From contig CAWANF010000007.1 in assembly GCA_963783355.1 (NCBI GenBank), positions 156,192-220,191 of the forward strand: DNA of 64,000 nucleotides, in the 5' to 3' direction. The notes beneath the pieces were generated by a model. It saw only the letters and a program-made list of their open reading frames with translations. It was not told the DNA's origin and searched no databases. Below, piece by piece: positions 1-9,529 of the stretch; position 1 is the first letter of the stretch, and each line of letters starts with the position of its first letter. Made by a program: the position numbers and the translations under genes. The DNA comes from an uncultured bacterium (GTDB lineage Bacteria > Bacteroidota > Rhodothermia > Balneolales > DATFMH01).

Positions 1-188
1 ATCATCTTAATATTTTTGAGTATTCAGACCTCTCCATCCAAAGATTATGTAATTAGAATGCTGAATAAACCCGTATCGTTCAAATAAGTGTTGTTCTGAT
101 AAGAAATACAAAACTAAAGCAGAAATAAAATTCCTGATATATAAATTTCCCCACAGTTAATAATACTAATGAAGGAACAATATTATGT

Positions 189-899
189 TCAATCTTTTTG
201 ACTGTAGAAATTTATAACATTTTGCATATCAGGTGGCAAACTGGCTTCGCAGTGGACTTCTTCACCCGAGGCGGGCTGAACAAAAACCAGCTTCCAGGCA
301 TGAAGGGCCTGGCGGTTTATGAGTTTTTCTTTTTTTTCGGAAGGATGATAATGGCGATCGCCCACGATAGGATGGCCGATAGCTTCAAGTTGAACACGAA
401 TCTGATTTTTAAGGCCGGTATCAAGTTCAACAGATAACAATGTGGTGTCGGCAAAATGTTCGAGAACCTGGTAACGCATTCGTGCCATAGCACTTCCCTC
501 ATCATTTTTATCTGCAACGACATTGCGGAACCCCTTTTCAATTTTCTTCAGATAGTGAACCAGCGTATCCTGATCTTTTTCCACAACACCGCGGACCAGT
601 GCCATGTAAGTTCGCTTAGGCTCATGAGCGAGAAACTGTTTGATTAGATGATGACGGGCTTTTTTGTTCTTGGCAAACACAACTGCCCCGGATGTAAAAC
701 GATCGATACGGTGCACGATGTGAAACTCCTTCGTTTTATGCCGCATATCGTTACGCAAAATATCTAATAAATTTACAGCCTTCGATTTCGGGATGGGAAC
801 ACATAATAATCCAACCGGTTTGTTGACAACGATCACATCCCGGTCTTCGTAGATCACTTCGTAATTTGTGTTTGTTTTAGACTTGCGCCGATTTGCCAT
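189..899 (-). CDS. RluA-family pseudouridine synthase
   Basis: Motifs VVNKPVG, HRIDRFTSG (catalytic Asp), TGLKNQIRVQL, HPIVGD, RQALHA. Confidence 0.93.
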   Translation of the reverse strand: MANRRKSKTNTNYEVIYEDRDVIVVNKPVGLLCVPIPKSKAVNLLDILRNDMRHKTKEFHIVHRIDRFTSGAVVFAKNKKARHHLIKQFLAHEPKRTYMALVRGVVEKDQDTLVHYLKKIEKGFRNVVADKNDEGSAMARMRYQVLEHFADTTLLSVELDTGLKNQIRVQLEAIGHPIVGDRHYHPSEKKEKLINRQALHAWKLVFVQPASGEEVHCEASLPPDMQNVINFYSQKD

Positions 900-919
900 C
901 GTATTTTTTTTAATCCCGG

Positions 920-1465
920 TTACTTGCCGGACATCTGTTCGATTTCATTCAACAATACCTGCAATCCGCTGTCCTGCGGAAATTTTGCCATCCCGTTTAT
1001 CAACTGAATTTTCGCCTCGTCCATTCGATCAAGGCGAACTAAAACTACAGCATAATTTTGGAGTACATCCGGAGTTTCCCCGCCATGTTTGATACTTTTT
1101 TCTATAACCTCGCAGGCCTCCGGGTAGTTTTCCTGTTCTACCAGGCTGATAAATAACTCATTCAACAATCCGACGTGATCCGGCCAGTGATTCAGGGCGT
1201 TTTTATAGGCATCTTCGGCCTGAGGCCACATCCGCAAGGTACTGCATAGCGAACCCAACATAAAGTTTGCATAGGCTTTGTCATCGCCTTCCAGCATTTC
1301 AAGCTTCTGCACCAGTTTACTGCCAAAAACATCCAGTTTTTCAATGACCTCTTTGCTGGCAGCTTCATCATTCTTTTCGATGGCGTCGTCCAGTGCTTCA
1401 GTAAGATCAACGAGGTATTCTGATTCTTCTATTAATTCTTTTTTTATTTCGGAAGGTTCGCTCAT
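920..1465 (-). CDS. Tetratricopeptide-repeat protein
   Basis: Helical TPR-like patterns (AEDAYKNALNHWP, EACEVIEKSI, LQNYAVVL). ATG at 1465 preferred over the TTG at 1492. Confidence 0.75.
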   Translation of the reverse strand: MSEPSEIKKELIEESEYLVDLTEALDDAIEKNDEAASKEVIEKLDVFGSKLVQKLEMLEGDDKAYANFMLGSLCSTLRMWPQAEDAYKNALNHWPDHVGLLNELFISLVEQENYPEACEVIEKSIKHGGETPDVLQNYAVVLVRLDRMDEAKIQLINGMAKFPQDSGLQVLLNEIEQMSGK

Positions 1466-1530
1466 GGTCGGCTTGATAATCAAATTCAACAAATCCGCAG
1501 CCGAAAGTACATCCGGCTGAAACTCTATTC

Positions 1531-1564
1531 AAAAAAACAGCCCGCTTCTTTATGAAACAGGCTG
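1531..1564 (-). terminator. Intrinsic terminator after the 1584..1940 gene
   Basis: cagcc...ggctg stem preceded on + strand by an A-run (U-tract on - strand). Confidence 0.5.
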
Positions 1565-1583
1565 ATAATCCGAACGAATCGGG

Positions 1584-1940
1584 CTACTTAATTTCTGTGT
1601 CTATTTCGTGTACTTCTTTCAAAATCTGACGGGCATGTTTATCCTTGTCCTGCATCACTTTATGCTGAAGATTTGTAATCAGGTTAGGACGAGCTTCTTC
1701 AAAAGCCTGTTCTTTAGCCAACGCTTCGTTATTAGTCCGAACAATCAAATGAAGTTCATCGGCGCGAATGATGCTGAATAAGCTGTCTTTGTTGAACGCG
1801 TGCGAACGCAAATCTTCATATTTCTTGAATAATTCAGGGAATTCTGATGTGTTTTCCGCTTTTTCCAATATTGTTACGTCCTCTGAACCTTTAGCACTCA
1901 AAGGGATTTTACATAGAAAGAAAAATTTTTCCTGATACAT
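1584..1940 (-). CDS. Hypothetical protein (118 aa)
   Basis: Clean ATG ORF with no competing gene, followed by a terminator-like hairpin; no family recognised. Confidence 0.75.
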   Translation of the reverse strand: MYQEKFFFLCKIPLSAKGSEDVTILEKAENTSEFPELFKKYEDLRSHAFNKDSLFSIIRADELHLIVRTNNEALAKEQAFEEARPNLITNLQHKVMQDKDKHARQILKEVHEIDTEIK

Positions 1941-2179
1941 GATTTTAGCTTATTCTATTATTATTAGCTTCCTTGATGACATATTATCCTTATTATCATC
2001 GAATTATCATAAGATTTCAAAATATAACAGATTTCACGGGATAATATAGTTCAAAATCACGATTTTACAGAACTCCTTCTTCTGGATGTATATTTCTGTT
2101 TATCATTCCATGATCTTATACTGATGGCTTGAGTATGCCCGGGCATATCAAGCTCACCACTTTTAATCCAAATTAAATC

Positions 2180-4441
2180 ATGAAATATCACTTAAGAAAA
2201 CTATTCTCATATTTGATCCTGAGCCTGGTACTGGTGTCACCAGCGCTGTCTCAGCAACATCAGACACCCAACGACTCGGGTATGTGGCTCCTGCCCCAAG
2301 TCAAAGGCCCCGTTTACCAGATGTTGGAAAAAAAAGGCCTTAAACTTGGTTTGAATAATTTTTACAGCACCGATTCAACCACGCTTAATAAAGCCGTTGT
2401 TCGAATAAATATTGGAAATACAGGAGGAGGAACCGGATCTTTTATTTCTCCCAGGGGACTGATCCTGACCAATCATCATATTGCATACGATGCTGTTGCT
2501 TCAGCAAGCACAACTAAACAAAATTTCCTGGAAAACGGCTTCATCGCCCACACACAGGAGGAAGAAATCCCTGCACAGGGCTATACTTTATATATCCCTG
2601 TTGAACAAAAAAATGTTACCTCCGAAATACAATCAATGATTCCGGGTAATACAACGGGCAGCGACAGGCAGCGGCTTAAAACGAACGCTGAACAACAAAT
2701 TATAGCTCAACGCAAGGGAAATAACGATGATCTGGAAGTAGAAATAAATGATTATTATGGCGGTAATGAGCAATATATGTCGGTATATAAAATTATTCGT
2801 GATGTGCGAATCGTATTTGTCCCGCCATTATCCATCGGTAAATTTGGAGGGGATGTCGACAATTGGAGATGGCCCCGGCACACAGGTGATTTTTCATACC
2901 TGAGGGCATACGTGGCCCCCGATGGCAGCAGTCGCCCGTATAGCAAAGATAATGTTCCGTATAAACCGGAACGATATCTGAAAATTAATCTGAATGGATA
3001 TCAAAAAGGTGATTTTACGATGATCCTTGGATTCCCGGGTTATACCTATCGCCATCAGAGCAGTTTTGCTTTCGCTTATTACGAAAATCACCAATTCCCG
3101 TATTACATTCAGTCATTTAAAGCTATCATAGACGGATTAAAACTGGCCGCAAAGAAGGATCCCGAAGAAGCTTTAAAAAATACCTCAAATCTTGAGCTGT
3201 ATACGAATGAATACCAATTATACAAAGGTATTCAAGAGGGATTTAAACGTTATCATGTAACAGCTAAAAAGCAAGCTGATGAAGCCGCATTTTCGAAATG
3301 GGTTTCACAGAATCCAACACGTGAACAGGAATATGGCTCTGTTCTCACACAGTTGCAACGGGGATATCAGCTGGCTGATCAGTCGGGCGATGAGTTAAAT
3401 GCAACGGTTCAGGCCTTAAACAACAGTTCGCTCCTGAACGCAGCCGGTTTATTTGTGTCTTATTATTACTATCTGAAGACAGACACCGCCACTTTTTCCA
3501 ATGCCAGACGGGATTCGATTCTTGCCCAAAGAAGACGCATTGTCGATGAAGGGAATCTCGATGGCAAGATGCTTACACTAAAAGAGATGCTGAAAATGAT
3601 CGCTACATTGCCGGCGAATAAGCAGATTCCTTACATCCGGCAGACATTCGGTGGTTTGAGCGGACAAGATTTGGATCAGGCTATTAATGCCTACCTTCAA
3701 AAGCAACTACAGACCTCTATGGTTTTTAACGCCGGTGTTGCCCGTAATTTCCTTTTCATGAAAAAGTCGGATGCCCAAAAACTGTCGAAAGACGACATGG
3801 TTGAATTGTTTGAATCGCTCCTGAAAGCCTATTACCATGCTCACCAGATCTACATGACCCATTTTTCCCTAACCAGGCCTGCGGAAAAAGTTTATGTCCG
3901 TGGCATGATGAAATTCCATAACAATCCTACAGCATATCCCGATGCCAACTTCACCCTTCGCCTTACCGGAGGACGCGTGATGGGTTACTATCCGGAAGAC
4001 GGCGTCTACTATCTTCCTCAAACGACCTTAGACGGTGTAATGCAAAAAGATACTGGCGTAAAACCTTTTAATGTTCCCGAAGTTCTCAAGCAATGGTATG
4101 ATGCACATAGTACCGGCCACGGAACATTTACACCCCAAAATCGTTATTTGAATAAAAAAGGCGGCATGGATGTCGATTTTCTCACTACAAACGATATTAC
4201 AGGAGGAAATTCCGGCAGCCCGGTATTAAATGCCAAAGGACAGATGATCGGTTTGGCCTTCGACGGAAATATCAAGGGCGTTGTAGGTGATTATTATTTC
4301 GATCCAAATTTGAACCGATGCATTAATGTAGACATCCGGTATGTCATGTTTATCACCGATAAAATCTATCATGTTCAACGATTAATGAACGAAATGACAT
4401 TCGTCAAACAACCGCAACCTGTAGAAGCAGTGATCAATTAA
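2180..4441 (+). CDS. S46-family dipeptidyl peptidase, DPP7-like
   Basis: Signal peptide, GMWLL, GTGSFIS..GLILTNHH, KFGGDVDNWRWPRHTGDFS, YPDANFTLRL, DITGGNSGSPVLN. GLAFDGN has Gly at the S1 position (DPP7 type, whereas DPP11 has Arg). Confidence 0.93.
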   Translation: MKYHLRKLFSYLILSLVLVSPALSQQHQTPNDSGMWLLPQVKGPVYQMLEKKGLKLGLNNFYSTDSTTLNKAVVRINIGNTGGGTGSFISPRGLILTNHHIAYDAVASASTTKQNFLENGFIAHTQEEEIPAQGYTLYIPVEQKNVTSEIQSMIPGNTTGSDRQRLKTNAEQQIIAQRKGNNDDLEVEINDYYGGNEQYMSVYKIIRDVRIVFVPPLSIGKFGGDVDNWRWPRHTGDFSYLRAYVAPDGSSRPYSKDNVPYKPERYLKINLNGYQKGDFTMILGFPGYTYRHQSSFAFAYYENHQFPYYIQSFKAIIDGLKLAAKKDPEEALKNTSNLELYTNEYQLYKGIQEGFKRYHVTAKKQADEAAFSKWVSQNPTREQEYGSVLTQLQRGYQLADQSGDELNATVQALNNSSLLNAAGLFVSYYYYLKTDTATFSNARRDSILAQRRRIVDEGNLDGKMLTLKEMLKMIATLPANKQIPYIRQTFGGLSGQDLDQAINAYLQKQLQTSMVFNAGVARNFLFMKKSDAQKLSKDDMVELFESLLKAYYHAHQIYMTHFSLTRPAEKVYVRGMMKFHNNPTAYPDANFTLRLTGGRVMGYYPEDGVYYLPQTTLDGVMQKDTGVKPFNVPEVLKQWYDAHSTGHGTFTPQNRYLNKKGGMDVDFLTTNDITGGNSGSPVLNAKGQMIGLAFDGNIKGVVGDYYFDPNLNRCINVDIRYVMFITDKIYHVQRLMNEMTFVKQPQPVEAVIN

Positions 4442-4442
4442 A

Positions 4443-4471
4443 GTTATCAGTTATCAGTTATCAGTTATCAG
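4443..4471 (+). repeat. 7-bp tandem repeat (GTTATCA)x4
   Basis: Four exact units directly after the S46 peptidase stop codon. Confidence 0.9.
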
Positions 4472-4520
4472 AACCTGCGAACATCACACTTCCGGTCAAC
4501 CTATTTCAGGGACGGACATT

Positions 4521-4576
4521 CTGTTCACTGTTCATTGTTTACTGTTAATTGTTTACTGATCACTGTTCACTGTTTT
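4521..4576 (-). repeat. Degenerate 7-bp tandem array (about 8 units, CTGTTCA-like), inverted relative to the 4443 array
   Basis: ctgttca ctgttca ttgttta ctgttaa ttgttta ctgatca ctgttca ctgtttt; overlaps the sixA 3' end. Confidence 0.8.
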
Positions 4577-5074
4577 CGGCGTGATGAACCAGCGAAGGAT
4601 CCAGCCGCCCGGCTCCGATTTTTTCCAGGTTTGATCCATGCTCAGGCAGGCCACGCTGCAGGTCGTCATGCGCAACAGGTTATGCCACGGATTCCCGGCA
4701 CAGAGTGAAGAAACCGATTCTTCAATTATTGGATTATGTCCGAAAATCATTGCTGTTTTAACTGTTTCGTCCAGCGCATTAAGATGTTTTAAATATTCCG
4801 CAACACTTGTTCCGTACAATGATTGTGATTGTAGAATATCGGCCGATGGAAAATTCATAACTTCGGCCATTATAAAGGCTGTTTCCAAAGCCCGGCGCGC
4901 TGTAGATGAAACAATCATATCGGGATTCTTAACCAGATCATTCAGAAAATTTGCAACGATAGATGCATCCTTCCTGCCCCTTTCATTCAATGGGCGTTCA
5001 TGGTCTTTTAAACCCGGCTGACTCCAATCCGATTTTGCATGACGAACGAGCAAAAGTTTCTTTGATGATCCCAT
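4553..5074 (-). CDS. sixA: SixA-like phosphohistidine phosphatase
   Basis: LLLVRHAKS, DHERPLNERG, SSTARRALET, FGHNP. Confidence 0.9.
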   Translation of the reverse strand: MGSSKKLLLVRHAKSDWSQPGLKDHERPLNERGRKDASIVANFLNDLVKNPDMIVSSTARRALETAFIMAEVMNFPSADILQSQSLYGTSVAEYLKHLNALDETVKTAMIFGHNPIIEESVSSLCAGNPWHNLLRMTTCSVACLSMDQTWKKSEPGGWILRWFITPKTVNSDQ

Positions 5075-5121
5075 AATCCCTGATTTTATTATTAATTATC
5101 TTTTCTGAAAAATTTTTAAAG

Positions 5122-6213
5122 CTATTTTTTACTTTTGATAACAATAGCCCTGAAAGGAATCCGGCCGAGCACCCGATTTTCTTCCGTAATCACATCTACC
5201 CTCCAAAGTCCGGGAAAAATGTTCGTTTTAAAAGTGTACCCACGATATCCTCCATAACGTCCGCCGGTTACCTGGTATCCAATTTTATCATAAGTGACCC
5301 ATCTTCTGTGAAATCGATCATAGTGTTCCCAGCGATGGTAAACTTTCTTTTTTAATTTTGTCGGTGCATAAATAGAAACAAAGCAATAGACGGTATCTCC
5401 TTTATGAAAATGAATAGAGGGCCAGGAAAATAAACCTATCTGATACCAGATATGGCCGTCACCTGACAATTTGAATCTGTTACCAATTCTCTCAACCTTT
5501 TTATAAATGCCACCTTCTTTCATCGACAATGGAACGGGGGGTATCAGATTCGCGTAATACAAAACATTGATTATTATATATAGAACAGCCACAATACCTG
5601 CGGAACGGAAAAACTCTCCATTCGATTTAACCGCTTTTCGCAATTTTAAAAAGATTAATAGAAACAGTACCGCAATCAGGCTGATAACACCGCTGGTGAT
5701 AAACATATCCAGGCTCATTTTTCCGACCACGACCGGAAGAAAAAAAATCAAAAATGAAATGACCGCTATGAAATACATGGCCACCTGAATATAAATATGC
5801 GTCAACTCGCGCTCGAAAAATTGATTAATGAACAAAAAGATGACGAAGAGTATTAAAAACAGGAGTGTCCGGGTAAATGATGAACTCTGAAAATAAAAAA
5901 TCAGATAGCTGCTATATAAGCCGCCGAGCATAAATTGAATCACAAATGGAAACCATTTCTTGTATTTCAGAAGGACCGGATGGCCTACTTTGTGATATTG
6001 GATCAGGTTATAAATAATAATAATGTATCCTAAGAAAATGATATCAAATAGCAGAACCAGGTTAATCCAGATATTATCGATACGATCCAACGTCAGGCTC
6101 TGCCAGTAGAAACCTATTGCAAAAAACAAGAAAGGAATAACCGGTTTGATAATGCGACGATATGTCCATTTAATAAACCTATGTCCTGTTATATAAGGCT
6201 GATGTCTTCCCAT
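5122..6213 (-). CDS. Multi-pass membrane protein with C-terminal DUF2914-like domain
   Basis: About 7-8 hydrophobic segments, IPPVPLS, C-terminal GGRYGGYRGYTFK...PGLWRVDVITE. Confidence 0.8.
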   Translation of the reverse strand: MGRHQPYITGHRFIKWTYRRIIKPVIPFLFFAIGFYWQSLTLDRIDNIWINLVLLFDIIFLGYIIIIYNLIQYHKVGHPVLLKYKKWFPFVIQFMLGGLYSSYLIFYFQSSSFTRTLLFLILFVIFLFINQFFERELTHIYIQVAMYFIAVISFLIFFLPVVVGKMSLDMFITSGVISLIAVLFLLIFLKLRKAVKSNGEFFRSAGIVAVLYIIINVLYYANLIPPVPLSMKEGGIYKKVERIGNRFKLSGDGHIWYQIGLFSWPSIHFHKGDTVYCFVSIYAPTKLKKKVYHRWEHYDRFHRRWVTYDKIGYQVTGGRYGGYRGYTFKTNIFPGLWRVDVITEENRVLGRIPFRAIVIKSKK

Positions 6214-6294
6214 TAAAGAGATATGAATCCTGTTATTAACTATTGCCCAGGCACATTAACAAAATAAGCAGGATTTTAAGCAACGAAAACATAT

Positions 6295-7188
6295 TTACTC
6301 CGGGCAAATAACCTGCAGGCCGTCCGGTATTATTTCGACTTCAAGATGACTGACTTTTTCACCAAAAATTTCTCCGTCGGAATGAACTGGTACAGGTTTG
6401 TGCATCGTAATTGACAGTTTCCTGGCTTTAATAACTTCCACGGCTTTTAAACTGAGATGGCTTTTATTCAAAACCCGAATCAGATAATAAGGCAGCATGA
6501 AACGGTTAACGGCCTTCACGACAACAACGTCAAAATAACCATCATCTATCTCAGCTTCGGGTGCCAGCCAGAAGTTTCCACCTTCAACCTTGCCATTAGC
6601 TATGGTCACCAGCAGCAAACGATGATCAAATGTTCTCCCGTCAATATCCATCACAAAACGGGGCGATCGATACGTTATCATCGCTTTCAAAGCTGCCAGG
6701 GTATAAACTAATGATCCCCGAATCCATTTAAACCGTTCAGCATAAATATTTGTCAGCCCGTCAAACCCGATACCCAGCGTATTGACAAAAATCTGCCCGT
6801 CAAATTTTCCAATATCAATTTTTCTGACCAATCCTGATTTCAGAACGTCTAAGGCCCCTAATGGATCGGCCGGAATTCCGAGTGTTTTCACTAAATCATT
6901 ACCGCTGCCTATTGGAATAATGCCCATCACCGCTTTCGAGCCAGAGAGCCCGGCAGCCGTTTCCCGTACAGTTCCATCACCCCCACAGGCAATAACAACA
7001 TCAGAATGTTTTGATGCTTCCCGGGCAATATGTGTAATATCTCCTCTTTTCCCGGAAATCAACAATTCGGAACCATTTCCCCATTCCGTTGCAAATTTTC
7101 TGATATGTTCGATGATATTTTTATTGTGCGATCTATTAGCCAATGGATTTACTATAAAACACAATTTCCATTGAGTTCTATCCTTCAT
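6295..7188 (-). CDS. Diacylglycerol/lipid kinase family (YegS/BmrU)
   Basis: IVNPLA, ACGGDGTV, IPIGSGNDL, GIGFDG, DGE. ATG at 7188 overlaps the upstream gene end. Confidence 0.9.
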   Translation of the reverse strand: MKDRTQWKLCFIVNPLANRSHNKNIIEHIRKFATEWGNGSELLISGKRGDITHIAREASKHSDVVIACGGDGTVRETAAGLSGSKAVMGIIPIGSGNDLVKTLGIPADPLGALDVLKSGLVRKIDIGKFDGQIFVNTLGIGFDGLTNIYAERFKWIRGSLVYTLAALKAMITYRSPRFVMDIDGRTFDHRLLLVTIANGKVEGGNFWLAPEAEIDDGYFDVVVVKAVNRFMLPYYLIRVLNKSHLSLKAVEVIKARKLSITMHKPVPVHSDGEIFGEKVSHLEVEIIPDGLQVICPE

Positions 7189-8035
7189 AACGCTCCAAAA
7201 AAGTGGCAAGAATCATCTCGGTTGTTTCGATATCTTTTTTGAAAACACGTTCATTTTTCTGATGATATGGAAATATGGCAGGTTCCAGAGCCAGACAGGG
7301 AACCGGGATGCCGGAATCCCCATTAAATTTTTTCCCATATACCAGGTAATCATTGGTATTGTTTGACAATAAGATTCCAGGATGAATAGATGTGAATTGC
7401 TCAACTACATCCTTTGTTTTTGAAATCAGATCGGCCGAAGGTTCCATCTTGTTATATTCCCAGTGTTCCGAATAGAGTGCTACTCCGGGCTTGCCTTTAA
7501 ACAGCGGGGTAGTATCAATCGTTAAAATGACAGATGGTGTTTGGTGATGATTCATTATATGATCAGACAAACGTTCAGCACCCATGCCATGCCGCACATC
7601 TTTACCTTCGTTTCGCAACAAATGAGGATGAAACCGTAAGCCAAAACTTTCTTCCATTTCAGTCAGAAACAGGTAAAGCGGTGGAAAATCATGATCCACA
7701 GAAAGCTGCATCATTCGAAGGCATAAACCGAGTCCCACTGTATCATCGAGCTGCCCATCGATATATTCATCGGTTTCCTGAAAAAAAAGCTTTTCCGGCG
7801 GATTTTCACCAAAATGATTGATTTTATCCAAATGAGCTGACAATGCTACGGGAGAAGTTTCCTTTTTCCCGGGTATTTGAATCAGGATATTTCGGTCATG
7901 AACGGTTTCTACCCGGACATCGTCGATTTCACCGGCTAGATGAAAAATTAATGGATGAATTCGCTCTTCAAAGGAACTGAAAGAAGGGATTTCGGCACAC
8001 TTTTGAATTATAGTTATTGTTTTATCCATCATCAT
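7178..8035 (-). CDS. M28/M20/M42-like zinc peptidase/hydrolase
   Basis: LSAHLD, GQLDD, EMEE, TIDT, PYH metal-ligand pattern. Confidence 0.75.
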   Translation of the reverse strand: MMMDKTITIIQKCAEIPSFSSFEERIHPLIFHLAGEIDDVRVETVHDRNILIQIPGKKETSPVALSAHLDKINHFGENPPEKLFFQETDEYIDGQLDDTVGLGLCLRMMQLSVDHDFPPLYLFLTEMEESFGLRFHPHLLRNEGKDVRHGMGAERLSDHIMNHHQTPSVILTIDTTPLFKGKPGVALYSEHWEYNKMEPSADLISKTKDVVEQFTSIHPGILLSNNTNDYLVYGKKFNGDSGIPVPCLALEPAIFPYHQKNERVFKKDIETTEMILATFLERYEG

Positions 8036-8236
8036 GATATCGAGTCAATACATTGAAAATGATTTTGGGAAATATTAATCACATAAAGAAACGGTTTTAT
8101 TTTCATATTTAACAAATCTTTTCAATTCCCCGGGCGGTAAAATAGATACAGTTTGCATAATATTCAGATATCAATCTACTTGTGAAATAAACATTATCCA
8201 TATTCTCTTTACAACAAACAGGTAAATTATTACATC

Positions 8237-8905
8237 GTGGAACTAAGTTATTGGAAAAGCCGGTGGGACAAAGGCAAAATCGGATTTCATTCGAGTCATT
8301 ATAATCCAAGGCTAGTTAATTTTTGGCCTGCGTTGCCAATACAGAAGAATGAAACCGTATTGGTACCATTATGTGGAAAAACTCCGGACTTAATCTGGTT
8401 ATCCAATCGGGGACACTCCGTAATTGGAATAGAATATTCGGATGTCGCCTGCAAGCAGTTTTTCCGGGAAAACGGTCTGGATTACAAGTCTGAAAAGTCC
8501 GGTGCGTTTATTAAACATGTGAGTGAAAATATCACTATCTGGCAGGGAGATTTCTTTAAAATCACGGCTAAAAAACTTCCTGGATTTACATGTATTTATG
8601 ACAGGGCTGCTTTTGTGGCTTTACCACCGGACAGAAGGAAAAAATATGTAAATAAAATCATCGAACTGAGCAACCCGGAAACCCGGATATTTCTTCACAC
8701 TTTCGAATATGATCAACAAGAAATGAACGGGCCGCCTTTTTCTGTTTTAGAAAAAGAAATTGATGTTTTATATGGAAATTTTTTCTCTAAACAATTACTA
8801 TTAAACGAAGAAATTCTTCAGAAATATGATCGTTTCAGGCAACGTGGATTAACTTTTTTAAGAGAAAAAGCATACCATCTGAGCTCAAAAAACGAATCCT
8901 TGTAA
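8237..8905 (+). CDS. tpm: Thiopurine S-methyltransferase family
   Basis: W..RW....IGFH, VLVPLCGK, GDFF, IYDRAAFVALPP, GPPFSV; GTG start. Confidence 0.9.
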   Translation: MELSYWKSRWDKGKIGFHSSHYNPRLVNFWPALPIQKNETVLVPLCGKTPDLIWLSNRGHSVIGIEYSDVACKQFFRENGLDYKSEKSGAFIKHVSENITIWQGDFFKITAKKLPGFTCIYDRAAFVALPPDRRKKYVNKIIELSNPETRIFLHTFEYDQQEMNGPPFSVLEKEIDVLYGNFFSKQLLLNEEILQKYDRFRQRGLTFLREKAYHLSSKNESL

Positions 8906-9056
8906 GGATAGATTCAGAAATCAAATAAAAATTTATGAATACTTGTAAAATCAGGCTTTTTTTTTAACAAGTTGCATATCTTAACGCCTGCATGTATTTT
9001 CGATACTCGAATCTCATGCAATGCTTATTACCGACAATTTTTAGTTTTTAAATAAT

Positions 9057-9524
9057 ATGGATTTACAGAAGCGGAATAATCTTATCAGTGCAATATTAAT
9101 CGTAGTTATTATTGCTTTAAGTGTTTGGCTTTATCAATCGATTACCGGACCGTACCAAAAGGTGTTAGAGAGAAAAGCACAAACTCAAATGGTTCGTACC
9201 AGAATGTCTAACGTACGTGACGTACTGATCAAATACAAAAACAAACACGGGCATTTTCCGCCCAGTCTCGATAGTCTTGTTGTCTTCCTGAAAACCGATT
9301 CTACGATGGTTGCCAAAGGAGCCAAAGAATTTACTAAAGTGATCGGAAATTACAATCCCGATTCCCTGATATATTCACCATTATCACCTCATCCGAAATT
9401 TGAATATACCAGAAACGATACCATTCGTCCGGAATTGTACCTGTTAGTAGATCCATCCGATACTACACAAAAGATCGGATCTTTGACCAAAACAACATTA
9501 CTAAACGCTGGTAGCTGGGAGTAA
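9057..9524 (+). CDS. Hypothetical membrane-anchored protein with pilin-like helix
   Basis: Single N-terminal TM, long helix, then YKNKHGHFPPSLDSL resembling pseudopilin YxxxxGxYP.sL..L. Confidence 0.7.
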   Translation: MDLQKRNNLISAILIVVIIALSVWLYQSITGPYQKVLERKAQTQMVRTRMSNVRDVLIKYKNKHGHFPPSLDSLVVFLKTDSTMVAKGAKEFTKVIGNYNPDSLIYSPLSPHPKFEYTRNDTIRPELYLLVDPSDTTQKIGSLTKTTLLNAGSWE

Positions 9525-9529
9525 TTTCC

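Noticed and set aside
4443..4576. Repeats as a CRISPR array
   Set aside because: 7-bp tandem units with no spacers and no cas genes
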